Shown here piece by piece: positions 39,265 through 47,880 of a stretch of DNA of 64,000 bases. The notes under the pieces are model-generated. The model saw nothing but the letters and a program-made list of their open reading frames with translations, was not told the origin of the DNA and ran no database searches. Source of the stretch: a virus. Position 1 is the stretch's first letter. Every line of letters starts with the position of its first letter. The stretch covers positions 48,367 to 112,366 of the IMG/VR virus record IMGVR_UViG_3300043411_001114. One strand, given 5' to 3'. Both the position numbers and the translations under genes were made by a program.

Positions 39265-39840
39265 ATGGCCCTCACCTACCCCGCCTCCCCGGCCCGGATC
39301 AAGTTCATGCGCGACCTGCTGGTCGAGCGCGACGTCCCGGCCGAGGCCGCCGCCCGCCTGTCCTCCCGTCTGGACGACAACAACGTCACCAGCAACGAGG
39401 CCAAGAGCTACATCGAGTGGATGCTGGCCCGCCCCCGCGTCGCCACCGCCGCACCGCGCCGCTCCGGCCCGCAGGTCGGTGAGGGGTTCTACTTCCATCA
39501 GGGTCAGGTGGTGAAGGTCGAGCGCTCCGATCGTGGCGGCTACCTCTTCGCCCGCATTGTCACCGGCGCGAAGTTCCTGAAGGCCCCCAAGGGGATGCTG
39601 TACCGCATCACCCCCGACGAGGAGATGACCCCCGAGGCGGTCGCCGCCTACGGTGTGCAGCACGAGGTCTGCTGCAACTGCGCGACCAAGCTGTCCGATC
39701 CGGTCAGCAAGAAGGTCGGCCTCGGCACCAAGTGCGGCCCCGACCTGCTGGGTAGCGACTCCTACAAGGCGGCCCGCAAGGCTGCGGAGGCCGAACTGGC
39801 CACCGCCAACGATGACCTGGTGGCGCACTTCACCGCCTGA
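39265..39840 (+). CDS. Hypothetical protein with C-terminal zinc finger (DUF6011-like)
   Basis: CCNC.TKLSDPVS...GLG.KC motif; strong RBS. Confidence 0.75.
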   Translation: MALTYPASPARIKFMRDLLVERDVPAEAAARLSSRLDDNNVTSNEAKSYIEWMLARPRVATAAPRRSGPQVGEGFYFHQGQVVKVERSDRGGYLFARIVTGAKFLKAPKGMLYRITPDEEMTPEAVAAYGVQHEVCCNCATKLSDPVSKKVGLGTKCGPDLLGSDSYKAARKAAEAELATANDDLVAHFTA

Positions 39841-39846
39841 AAACTC

Positions 39847-39893
39847 CAACAAGGCCGGGAGCGGAGAAAATCCGCCCCGGTTTTGTTGTTTCT
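39847..39893 (+). terminator. Intrinsic terminator-like hairpin
   Basis: caacaaggccggg...cccggttttgttg stem followed by T-rich sequence. Confidence 0.55.
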
Positions 39894-39897
39894 TAAC

Positions 39898-39951
39898 CTG
39901 TAGCCATGCTATAATTAAAGGACACCACCACCCACCACCAAGGAGCCAGAC
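39898..39951 (+). promoter_or_regulatory. Repeat promoter/operator plus ACC leader
   Basis: cTGTAGCcatGCTATAATtaaaggacaccaccacccaccaccAAGGAG. Confidence 0.75.
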
Positions 39952-40644
39952 ATGACCGCCACCACCGCCACCAAGACCGTCACCTTCAAGTCCGGCCTGC
40001 TGGGCACCGTCGTCCTGAACTCCTACGTCGACCCCTTCCCGGGCGCGAAGGGCACCGACACCAAGCCGGGCACTTGCCCCCGCTGCGGCGGCTCCGGCTA
40101 CTTCGACTGCTTCCGCCACATCTACTCCGGTCGCTGCTTCAAGTGCTTCGGCGTCGGCACCGTTCCGGTCAAGGTATCCACCCACCGGCGGCACGCCAAG
40201 ATCGCCGCCTTCGCCACCGAGTACGCCGATCAGATCGCCAACGCCAATGCCGTCTTCGAGGCCGCTCAGCAGGCCGCCCGCGCGGCCGAGGACTTCGCGG
40301 CCGACTGGGATGCCGCCCACGCCGAGGCCGCCATCCGCAACGCTCGCGTCCAGGGATTCCTCGGCGAGGTCGGCGAGAAGATCGCCGCCACCGGCACGGT
40401 CGCGGTCGCCAAGTACATGTCCGGCTCCTACAACCGCTCGGCTACGATGTTCCTGATTGTCAACGTCGACGGCGGCCAGGTCATCAAGATCTCCGGCTCT
40501 GCCAACAGCCTCTTCTCCGTCAGCCGGGGCGATCGGGTTCAGGTCACCGGCAAGGTGAAGGCCCACACCGTCTACAACGGTCAGGATCAGACCGTCCTGA
40601 CCTTCGCCCAGGCGACCGTGCTGGATGCCCCTGAGGAGGTCTGA
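39952..40644 (+). CDS. Hypothetical protein: zinc finger (CPRC...CFKC) plus OB-fold-like C-terminus
   Basis: CxxCxGxG motifs; 'RGDRVQVTGKVKAH..YNG..QT.L' OB-like pattern. Confidence 0.75.
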   Translation: MTATTATKTVTFKSGLLGTVVLNSYVDPFPGAKGTDTKPGTCPRCGGSGYFDCFRHIYSGRCFKCFGVGTVPVKVSTHRRHAKIAAFATEYADQIANANAVFEAAQQAARAAEDFAADWDAAHAEAAIRNARVQGFLGEVGEKIAATGTVAVAKYMSGSYNRSATMFLIVNVDGGQVIKISGSANSLFSVSRGDRVQVTGKVKAHTVYNGQDQTVLTFAQATVLDAPEEV

Positions 40645-40661
40645 TCGCCTCCCTCTCGACC

Positions 40662-40704
40662 GCTCAGCCCCCGGGAACCCCCGTCCCCCGGGGGTTGAGC
40701 TTTA
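40662..40704 (+). terminator. Intrinsic terminator
   Basis: gctcagcccccggg / cccgggggttgagc stem followed by ttta. Confidence 0.65.
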
Positions 40705-40722
40705 TCCGAAAGGTTTCTGTCC

Positions 40723-41055
40723 ATGAATGAAGATGACCCCCATGACATTCCGGTGCCTCCCCACCTGCGTCACCCGCCTCGGGTGGAACTCACCTTCATC
40801 TGCCTGGCCTGGATGCACCGCCTCGCCGAGGCGGTCGGATCCGAGGTCTTCGCCGAGAGGCGCGAGCGTGCCCTGTACTACCTCGCGCACGCCGAGAGTC
40901 GGGTAGTCACCCCGGCCGAGAGGATTGTCGTCGAGGGGCTGCACTTCACTCTTGAACTGCTGGTCGAGGAGGATAAGCGGGTGCAATCGCTCATCGCTGC
41001 CGCCTGCGCGCAGATGCGGGTGGACGACATGGTGAAGATGAATGAGTTGGATTAG
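40723..41055 (+). CDS. Hypothetical protein
   Basis: AAAGG RBS; 110 aa. Confidence 0.6.
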   Translation: MNEDDPHDIPVPPHLRHPPRVELTFICLAWMHRLAEAVGSEVFAERRERALYYLAHAESRVVTPAERIVVEGLHFTLELLVEEDKRVQSLIAAACAQMRVDDMVKMNELD

Positions 41056-41088
41056 GTTTTCGGGTTCTGGTGTGTGTATAATTGAGGC

Positions 41089-41259
41089 ATGCTCACCACC
41101 GCCGCCATCCAGAACATCCCGGAGCGTGTCTCCTGCCCCCAGTGCGATCACAGCGCACGCATCGTCGAACTCCGCGCCTTTGGGGTCGACCGCCACCGTT
41201 CCACCCTGTCCTGCGGTCACGTCGTGACCAGGGACTCGATCGGGCTAGACGTCAACTAG
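41089..41259 (+). CDS. Small leaderless zinc-ribbon protein (56 aa)
   Basis: TGTG-TATAAT (41077-41082) lies 6 nt before the ATG; CPQC...LSCGH. Confidence 0.6.
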   Translation: MLTTAAIQNIPERVSCPQCDHSARIVELRAFGVDRHRSTLSCGHVVTRDSIGLDVN

Positions 41260-41270
41260 CCCCACAAGGC

Positions 41271-41332
41271 TGCGGGTTGCCATTGCCGGGTTTGGTGGTG
41301 GTGCTAAAAACCTGGCGACAGCGCCACCCGCA
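41271..41332 (+). ncRNA. Candidate 3'-UTR hairpin RNA with GGUGGUGGUG apex
   Basis: Long stem tgcgggt/acccgca plus ttgccgggttt/aaacctggcga; the G-U pairs favour the + strand. Confidence 0.4.
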
Positions 41333-41333
41333 C

Positions 41334-41373
41334 AAGTCCCCCCGGGAGAGCAATCCCCCGGGGGGACTTTCTT
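41334..41373 (+). terminator. Intrinsic terminator
   Basis: 13-bp stem aagtccccccggg/cccggggggactt followed by tctt. Confidence 0.75.
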
Positions 41374-41391
41374 GTTACCATAGTTTTCAAC

Positions 41392-41520
41392 ATGAGCCGT
41401 TACGCCGATAAGAGAACCAGGCCCGGGTGTCGTGTCGAGGGGTGCCAGCATACCGCCGTCCAGTTGAGAATCCGAATGGGCATCCTGGGTTGGTACTGCG
41501 CAGAGCATCTAAATAAGTGA
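41392..41520 (+). CDS. Small zinc-finger-like protein (42 aa)
   Basis: C-x4-C...YCAEH. Confidence 0.45.
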   Translation: MSRYADKRTRPGCRVEGCQHTAVQLRIRMGILGWYCAEHLNK

Positions 41521-41661
41521 GAGGAATGTTGTTGTGACCAGCCCTGAAGTCGTGGGTGGCGACGATGATCCTGTCGCCGACACCGCAGACCTGGACACCC
41601 GCAACAACGCGAACACCCCGGGAATGTGGGAGGACAATTTCTCGTGAAGGGACCAGGTCTC

Positions 41662-41901
41662 GTGACACCACCACCACCCCAGCGCCCCCTCCCTCCCCCC
41701 GAGCCGTTCGAGAAGAAGATTGTTACCGGATACCTCACCGACCGCATCTCGATCGGCAAGAAGGACGGTTCGGTGGCTCTGGTGCTGTCCAGCCCGGTCT
41801 CTGACCTCAACCTGATCTTCGAGACCAGCCCGGCCGGTGCCCGCCAGGTGGCGGCCTCGCTGCTCAACCAGGCCGACGCCCTCGACCCCCCGACGACGTG
41901 A
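41662..41901 (+). CDS. Hypothetical protein
   Basis: GTG start; stop overlaps the glycosyltransferase start. Confidence 0.55.
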   Translation: MTPPPPQRPLPPPEPFEKKIVTGYLTDRISIGKKDGSVALVLSSPVSDLNLIFETSPAGARQVAASLLNQADALDPPTT

Positions 41902-43220
41902 CCATCGACCTCAGCATTCTGGTTTGCAGCACCCACACCAGGTGGGACAATTTCGGCCAGGAGATTCAGCGCCAGCTGTGGGGTCAGTACAACGACCTTC
42001 CCGAGGAGTACCAGGCCCGGGTCGAGATTCTGATGCTCACCGACAACAAGTCGATGATGCTCGGCCATAAGCGCAACATTCTGGTCGGGATGGCTCAGGG
42101 ACGCTACGTCCAATTCGTCGACGACGACGACCGCATCGAGCCGGACATGCTGCGCACCATCCTCGACGCCACCGACAAGAACACCGACGCCATCACTTTC
42201 CTGGCGGCCGTCTCGCTCAATGGTGAGCCGCCCAAGACGTGCCGTTACTCGCTGCGGTACCTGAAGGACAAGAACACCGCCACCGGCTACGAGCGGGTGC
42301 CCAACCATATCTGCGCCATCAAGCGGGAATTGGCGACCAGGGTATCGTTCCCGCATCTTCCCTTCGGGGAGGACTCCGGCTATGCCAAACTGCTGCGCCC
42401 CCTCCTGAAGACTGAGGCCCATATCGACCGGGTGTTGTATCGGTATGATTACAATTCCGAGACCACCGAGACCCAGCAGCATCTGCGCAATCGTCCGGCA
42501 CCGGCCCGGGAGGGTGTTGCTCCGGTGGCCGACATTGTCATCCTCTCCAATGCCACCACCAAAGACCTGAGGGCCTTGACCCAGGCCGCCGTCGACAGTT
42601 GCCGCTCTGGGGCCAACGGCCTCCCGATCGGGATCGCCGTCCTCGAACAGAAGCCGGGGATCGTCTACCGCCGCTGCGCCACCATCCACATGGATCAGCC
42701 GTTCCACTACAACCGCTTCGCCAACTTCGGTGCCGGTCGGGGGTCGGCATCCTGGATCGTCATCGCCAACAACGACCTGGTCTTCTACGACGGCTGGCTC
42801 CACCAACTGATCGCCGCCGATCACCCGCTGGTGTCTCCGAAGTGTCCCCGTGACCCGCGTCAGGCCGAGTTCACCACCAACACCACCGGCGACCGCACCG
42901 GCAGGCACCTGTCGGGCTGGTGTTTTATGATTTCCCGCGACCTGTGGGAGAAGATCGGCGGCTTTGATGAGTCGGTGAGTTTCTGGTGCTCCGACGACGT
43001 GGTCATTGAGCAGGCCCGGTCTGAGGACGTGCTGCCGATGCTCGTCCCGGCGTCGGTGGTTGAGCATGTCCAGTCGGCGACCCTCAAGACCCAGCGCAAC
43101 CGCGACGACCTCACCTGGAAGCAGGTCGACATCTTCATCAACAAGTACGGCAGCCACCGTCTGCGGGATCACCCCGAATATCTTCGGTGGAAGAAGAGTC
43201 AGGCTATAATTAGTCAGTGA
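41898..43220 (+). CDS. Glycosyltransferase with two GT-A (GT2-like) domains
   Basis: LSILVC, LGHKRN, YVQFVDDDD and GED in the first domain; FHYNRFAN.G, IANND, GWCF, IGGFDE and CSDD in the second. Confidence 0.85.
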   Translation: MTIDLSILVCSTHTRWDNFGQEIQRQLWGQYNDLPEEYQARVEILMLTDNKSMMLGHKRNILVGMAQGRYVQFVDDDDRIEPDMLRTILDATDKNTDAITFLAAVSLNGEPPKTCRYSLRYLKDKNTATGYERVPNHICAIKRELATRVSFPHLPFGEDSGYAKLLRPLLKTEAHIDRVLYRYDYNSETTETQQHLRNRPAPAREGVAPVADIVILSNATTKDLRALTQAAVDSCRSGANGLPIGIAVLEQKPGIVYRRCATIHMDQPFHYNRFANFGAGRGSASWIVIANNDLVFYDGWLHQLIAADHPLVSPKCPRDPRQAEFTTNTTGDRTGRHLSGWCFMISRDLWEKIGGFDESVSFWCSDDVVIEQARSEDVLPMLVPASVVEHVQSATLKTQRNRDDLTWKQVDIFINKYGSHRLRDHPEYLRWKKSQAIISQ

Positions 43221-43954
43221 ATTTCAGCATCGGGATCGTCGCCCACCACTCTCGCCATGACCGCGCCACCAACCTCGCCGATGCCGTCGGTGCCGAGGTG
43301 GTGATGGTCGATCCTGGCCACATTAAGGCCGGTAAGAATCACGAGAGGTGCTATGAGTGGCTGGCCGAGACCGGGGCGTCGCCGTGGTCTGTGGTCATTG
43401 AAGACGATGCCATTCCTGTCACCGACTTCCGACAGCAGTTGGCCGCCGTGCTGAAGGTTACGCCCAGCCCGATCACCAGCCTGTATCTCGGCAGGTTCCG
43501 GCCCCCGCACTGGCAGTCCCAGATCGCCCAGAAGATTGGTGGCGATCAGCATTTTCTGATGGCCACCGAACTCCTCCATCATGTCGGTGTGGCCGTCAAG
43601 ACGTCACTGATTCCCGGCATGCTGGATTTCCTCAACAATGACTCCGACTATCGCACCAAGCGCAGGCTCCCCATCGACGAGGCGATCGGTCGTTGGGTTC
43701 GGGCCGAGGGCAGGAGAGTCGCCTACACCACCCCCTCGATTCTCGATCACGAGCATCGGATCCCCACCGTCATCACCAAGCACCTGAGTCAGCACAAGGG
43801 TGAGACCGGCAAGCGGCCCGGTAATCAGCCTCGCAAGGCCTGGGTCTTCGGTGCCCGGCCCGACTGGAAGTCTTACGTCGCCGATATTCCCGAACCCTGC
43901 CAGCCCCGCATCAAGCCACTCAAATCAGTGACGACGACCAGCGAGGAATCATGA
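43217..43954 (+). CDS. Glycosyltransferase (GT25-like)
   Basis: IGIVAH..R, G..NH, VVIEDDA, SLYLG, PIDE and PSI.DH; TATAAT 6 nt before the GTG. Confidence 0.7.
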   Translation: MNFSIGIVAHHSRHDRATNLADAVGAEVVMVDPGHIKAGKNHERCYEWLAETGASPWSVVIEDDAIPVTDFRQQLAAVLKVTPSPITSLYLGRFRPPHWQSQIAQKIGGDQHFLMATELLHHVGVAVKTSLIPGMLDFLNNDSDYRTKRRLPIDEAIGRWVRAEGRRVAYTTPSILDHEHRIPTVITKHLSQHKGETGKRPGNQPRKAWVFGARPDWKSYVADIPEPCQPRIKPLKSVTTTSEES

Positions 43955-44553
43955 CCCTACCCAAACGCACTCTGACCGTGAATTTTCAGCGTTCGGTCAC
44001 TGCCGGGCAGGCCGACCTCCTTGAGGTCACGGTGACTCCCCTCGCCGAGCCGAGCGCCCCCTCCCAGTCGTCTCTGGTCGGGTTCAGCACCACCCAGGTC
44101 GTTGTCCTGGCCGATGAGTCCAATGCCGTGGAGTTCGAGTTGGTGCCCACCGACCATCCCGGCCTAACCGAGCGTGTCCTGTACCGCATCGCCTGGCGTC
44201 ACCGTTACCTCGGACGACAGTACGTCAAAGACTTCGTGATGCCCGACTTCGATGTCGCCTTCGAGGACTTGGAAGAACTCGGTAACGTCATTGGTGGCGA
44301 GACCTACGTCCAGTGGTCGGACCTCGACAGCCTGCCCCGCAAGGTCAACGTCGCGGTCGTCCCCACCACCGGTGCCGACGCCACAGTCACCCACAATCTG
44401 GGCACTGATGACCTGATCGCCGTCTTCCGGGACTCCAACACCGACGAGTCGGTGGTGCCTGTCTCATGGGCACCTATCGGCAGCAACACCATCACCGTGA
44501 CGTTTGAGACGGCACCCACCACCGGTCAATACCGGGCCATCGTCATCGGGTAA
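43951..44553 (+). CDS. Hypothetical (probable virion) protein
   Basis: GAGG RBS; C-terminal 'TVTHNLGT' beta-strand motif common in phage structural proteins. Confidence 0.65.
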   Translation: MTLPKRTLTVNFQRSVTAGQADLLEVTVTPLAEPSAPSQSSLVGFSTTQVVVLADESNAVEFELVPTDHPGLTERVLYRIAWRHRYLGRQYVKDFVMPDFDVAFEDLEELGNVIGGETYVQWSDLDSLPRKVNVAVVPTTGADATVTHNLGTDDLIAVFRDSNTDESVVPVSWAPIGSNTITVTFETAPTTGQYRAIVIG

Positions 44554-44605
44554 AAAAGCCGCCCTGCCGCCAGCGGGTTTTCGGACTTGAATAGGTGGAA
44601 GGCGG

Positions 44606-45778
44606 GTGGTTCGGGTGACGCAACGGTTCTGGCCTCTCGCTGCGGGCCGCATCATCACCAGCCCTTACGGCCCCCGCGACGGCGGCTATCACTACGGCAC
44701 CGATTTCGGGTTCCCGGGCGGCTCCGCCGGGAAGCCGGTGTTTGCCATCGACTCGGGAATCGTCGTGTACAGCGGTGCCGCCCAAGGCTACGGCGGCCCC
44801 GACCCGGCCGGGTGGATCGTCATCAAGTCCGACTCCGGGGTCTGGGAGTACGGACACATCGTGCGGGAGCCTCACATCCGCCCGGGGGTGATGGTCGACG
44901 CCGGGACGAAGATCGCCACCATCAACCCCAACAGTGCCACCAACGGCGGTACCGCACCGCACCTGCACCTGTCCTGGATGCCGGGAAGGTATGACCCCAA
45001 CCAGAAGAAGGACCCGATCCCGGTTCTGCGTGACGCCGCCGAACCCGGGCCGATCAAGGAGAAGAACGTGGGCTGGAGTGGAGACCCCGTCTGGCTGGCT
45101 GACGTCCTGAAGAACTGGAAGAAGGGTTCTCGTCTCAAAACCGTCGAGATGCCCGACTGGAACCAGTACGGGCATGGCGACTTCGGGCAGATCTGGGGGG
45201 TGATGGTCCACCACACCGGCAACGCCAACGCCGACGCGATGTCGATCCGCAATGGCCGCCCCGACCTCGCCGGTCCGCTCTCCAACCTGCACATCGCCCA
45301 GGACGGGACGGTCACTGTGGTCGCGGCCGGGGTCTGCTGGCACGCCGGGTACGGCTCCTATCCGGGCATCCCCACCAACGGCGGCAATCAGGTTCTGATC
45401 GGCATCGAGTGTGCCTGGCCCCGCGACACCTCCATCACCCCGGCCACTCAGACCCGGGAACGGTGGCCCGACCCGCAGATCATCGCCATGCGTGACACGG
45501 TGGCCGCCATCCTCGACCGTCTCGGATATGGCCCCGACCGGGTGATTGCTCACAAGGAGTACGCCGGTCGCTCCCAGGGAAAATGGGACCCCGGCAACCT
45601 GGACATGAACTGGTTCCGCTCCGAGGTCGGCCTGGCCCAGCGTGGTCAGTTCATCCCCAAGCCGACACCCGTCCCCACACCGCCGGACACTTCCAAGGTC
45701 TATCCGCGCGACTACACCGACCGCGAGCTTCTCGAAGACATCTGGAAGACCCTGCAACCCCTGAAAGGCAAGTCATGA
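44606..45778 (+). CDS. Lysin A (M23 peptidase plus amidase-2)
   Basis: ITSPYGPR..HYGTDF, YGH and PHLH (M23); VMVHHTG, WHAG, IGIE, AHKE and KWDPG (amidase). Confidence 0.9.
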   Translation: MVRVTQRFWPLAAGRIITSPYGPRDGGYHYGTDFGFPGGSAGKPVFAIDSGIVVYSGAAQGYGGPDPAGWIVIKSDSGVWEYGHIVREPHIRPGVMVDAGTKIATINPNSATNGGTAPHLHLSWMPGRYDPNQKKDPIPVLRDAAEPGPIKEKNVGWSGDPVWLADVLKNWKKGSRLKTVEMPDWNQYGHGDFGQIWGVMVHHTGNANADAMSIRNGRPDLAGPLSNLHIAQDGTVTVVAAGVCWHAGYGSYPGIPTNGGNQVLIGIECAWPRDTSITPATQTRERWPDPQIIAMRDTVAAILDRLGYGPDRVIAHKEYAGRSQGKWDPGNLDMNWFRSEVGLAQRGQFIPKPTPVPTPPDTSKVYPRDYTDRELLEDIWKTLQPLKGKS

Positions 45779-46170
45779 TCTCCCTCCTGAAGCTCGACCC
45801 CCAGGTTCGGCAGTGGCTCTATGCGGTCGCCGCCTTCGCCTCGGCCCTCGTCCCGCTGCTGGTGACCTACAACGTCATCAGCGCCGAGTCCTCCAACTCC
45901 TGGCTGCAGTTGATCGGGATTCTCGGTGGTGTGGGTGCCGCCGGTGCCACCACCGCTGCGGTGGTCACCTCCAAGCAGCGCAAGGAGGGCACCCTGGACT
46001 TCACCGGTTCGGCCGACGAGCAGGCCGTCCAGGCTATCGAGTACACCGCCCACGCCGCCTCGGAGGGGGTGGCCCGGCTGCAGAAGATCATCCAGGCCGC
46101 CTCTTCCGCCGTGCCGCCCAACCCGGTGTCCCCCAACAGCGACCCGTCCAGCGCCAACTATCAGCCCTGA
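45775..46170 (+). CDS. Holin
   Basis: Directly after lysin A; RQWLY..., two TM segments. Confidence 0.75.
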   Translation: MISLLKLDPQVRQWLYAVAAFASALVPLLVTYNVISAESSNSWLQLIGILGGVGAAGATTAAVVTSKQRKEGTLDFTGSADEQAVQAIEYTAHAASEGVARLQKIIQAASSAVPPNPVSPNSDPSSANYQP

Positions 46171-46179
46171 GGATCATCT

Positions 46180-46830
46180 ATGTACATCGGCGGTCAGTGG
46201 GTAGGTCTCGGCCTGGGTGACAGCAGCCCCGAGGTGCGGGAACTCAAGCGCTTCATGAGGCGCAAGTTCTCCTACGCCAAGAACCTCGACGACACCACGC
46301 TCTACGACCAGGCGATGGTGACCGCTGTCGCCGACATGCAGGATGATGACGTTGTGGAAGAGTGGCGTTCTGTTTCGGGATATCCCGACTATGAGGTGTC
46401 AGATCAGGGACGAGTGCGGTCGTTTCGGAGAAACCGGCAGGGACAAGTGTTGCGCGTAAATCGCATCACTAACGGATACCTTCAGGTGAATCTGTACATA
46501 GGATCGGGAAAGGGGTCTCGCAAGCTGGTGCATCGGTTGGTTCTGGAGGCGTTTGTGGGACCGAAACCGTCTGGCCATGAGGCCTGTCATAACGACGGGG
46601 ATCAGACAAACAATCGACTCACCAACCTGCGTTGGGATACTCCTAAAAACAATGCTCGTGATGTGAAATTGCACGGTCGTCAATTTCAGGAAAACAAGAC
46701 TGAGTGCCCCCGGGGTCACAGCTATTCGGGAGACAACATCTACCACCGTCCTGGCGGCGGCCGGGGGTGCAAAGCGTGCCGCGCCGAAGCGACACGAAGG
46801 AGCAGGGCTAGAAGGTCATCATGCGTATAG
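46180..46830 (+). CDS. Fusion of a lysin B N-terminal fragment (54 aa) to a NUMOD4-HNH endonuclease
   Basis: aa 1-54 are paralogous to the downstream LysB N-terminus, followed by EEWRSV.GY.DYEVSDQGRVRS (NUMOD4), VHRLV..AF, CHNDG...N...NLRW and CPRGH...CKAC. Confidence 0.85.
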   Translation: MYIGGQWVGLGLGDSSPEVRELKRFMRRKFSYAKNLDDTTLYDQAMVTAVADMQDDDVVEEWRSVSGYPDYEVSDQGRVRSFRRNRQGQVLRVNRITNGYLQVNLYIGSGKGSRKLVHRLVLEAFVGPKPSGHEACHNDGDQTNNRLTNLRWDTPKNNARDVKLHGRQFQENKTECPRGHSYSGDNIYHRPGGGRGCKACRAEATRRSRARRSSCV

Positions 46831-47855
46831 GTGGACAGTACGTTGGCATAGGTCTTGGGGATTCCAGCGAAGAAGTCGGCAAGATTCGTGATTTTGGAAG
46901 ACGAAAGTTTTCGTACTGGAAGGACCTTCCTGACGCGCGAAACGCACAGGGGCTTCCGTTGTATGACGAGGCGATGGCCGCCGCTGTAGCCGAGACTCAG
47001 GCCCGCTACAACACCGGTTTCGGTCAGTTGGCGACCGGCAAGTATGTCCCGGGCATCGTCAACTACGAGACCAAGGTCGTGATGGGCTTCATTCCCCGAC
47101 CGAAGCGTCCCGACCAGCGCCCGATGCTGTTCAGCGTCTGCGGCACCGGGGTCCCGTGGTGGGTCGGCCCGGACGCCGACACCGCCCGCGCGGTCGAGGA
47201 CAAGTACCGCTGGCAGCCGATCGGCTACCCGGCCACCGCCGTCCCGATGGGCAAATCCATCCAGGCCGGGAAGGACGAACTGGAGAACCAGTTCCACATC
47301 CACCGCGAGCAGATCATCGCCTACGGTGCCGCGCTCCTAGGCTACAGCCAGGGCGCGATCGTCGTCTCCGAGTTGTTCGAGGAGCAGATTCGTCCGATCT
47401 CAGGCCGTCTTCGGTGGGCCTACCTTCACCTCACCAAGGCCTGCACCTGGGGCAATCCGAGCCGCGAGAAGGGCAAGGTCTGGCCCGACGCCGGTGGGCC
47501 GCCCGCCTCACCGCACACCCGGGGTGTCGTCGACAATCGCATGATCGACACCCCCGACTGGTGGCGTAACTACGCCCATAAGGGCGATCTGTACACCGAC
47601 TGTCCGGACGATGAGTCGGGCGAGAACCGGACCGCGATCTGGAAGCTGATCCGTAACGGAGACGCCTTCCGAGGCCCCGACAGCCTGCTGCGCCAGGTGC
47701 TGGAGTTGACCGGCACCGTCCGCGACGCCCACCAGATCAGCGAGACGACCGGGATGGTGAAGGCGATGATGGATGCCCTGATCTTCTTCGGCAAACAAAC
47801 TCGCCCTCATGTGAACTATTCGACCTCCGAGGCGATTGCGTACCTGAGGTCATGA
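46821..47855 (+). CDS. Lysin B (cutinase-like mycolylarabinogalactan esterase)
   Basis: N-terminal peptidoglycan-binding-like region; V.GTG, WQPIGYPA, GYSQGA, WGNP, GDLY and a C-terminal H..Y. Confidence 0.88.
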   Translation: MRIGGQYVGIGLGDSSEEVGKIRDFGRRKFSYWKDLPDARNAQGLPLYDEAMAAAVAETQARYNTGFGQLATGKYVPGIVNYETKVVMGFIPRPKRPDQRPMLFSVCGTGVPWWVGPDADTARAVEDKYRWQPIGYPATAVPMGKSIQAGKDELENQFHIHREQIIAYGAALLGYSQGAIVVSELFEEQIRPISGRLRWAYLHLTKACTWGNPSREKGKVWPDAGGPPASPHTRGVVDNRMIDTPDWWRNYAHKGDLYTDCPDDESGENRTAIWKLIRNGDAFRGPDSLLRQVLELTGTVRDAHQISETTGMVKAMMDALIFFGKQTRPHVNYSTSEAIAYLRS

Positions 47856-47880
47856 CCCGCCACGCTATACGCTGGGTGTC

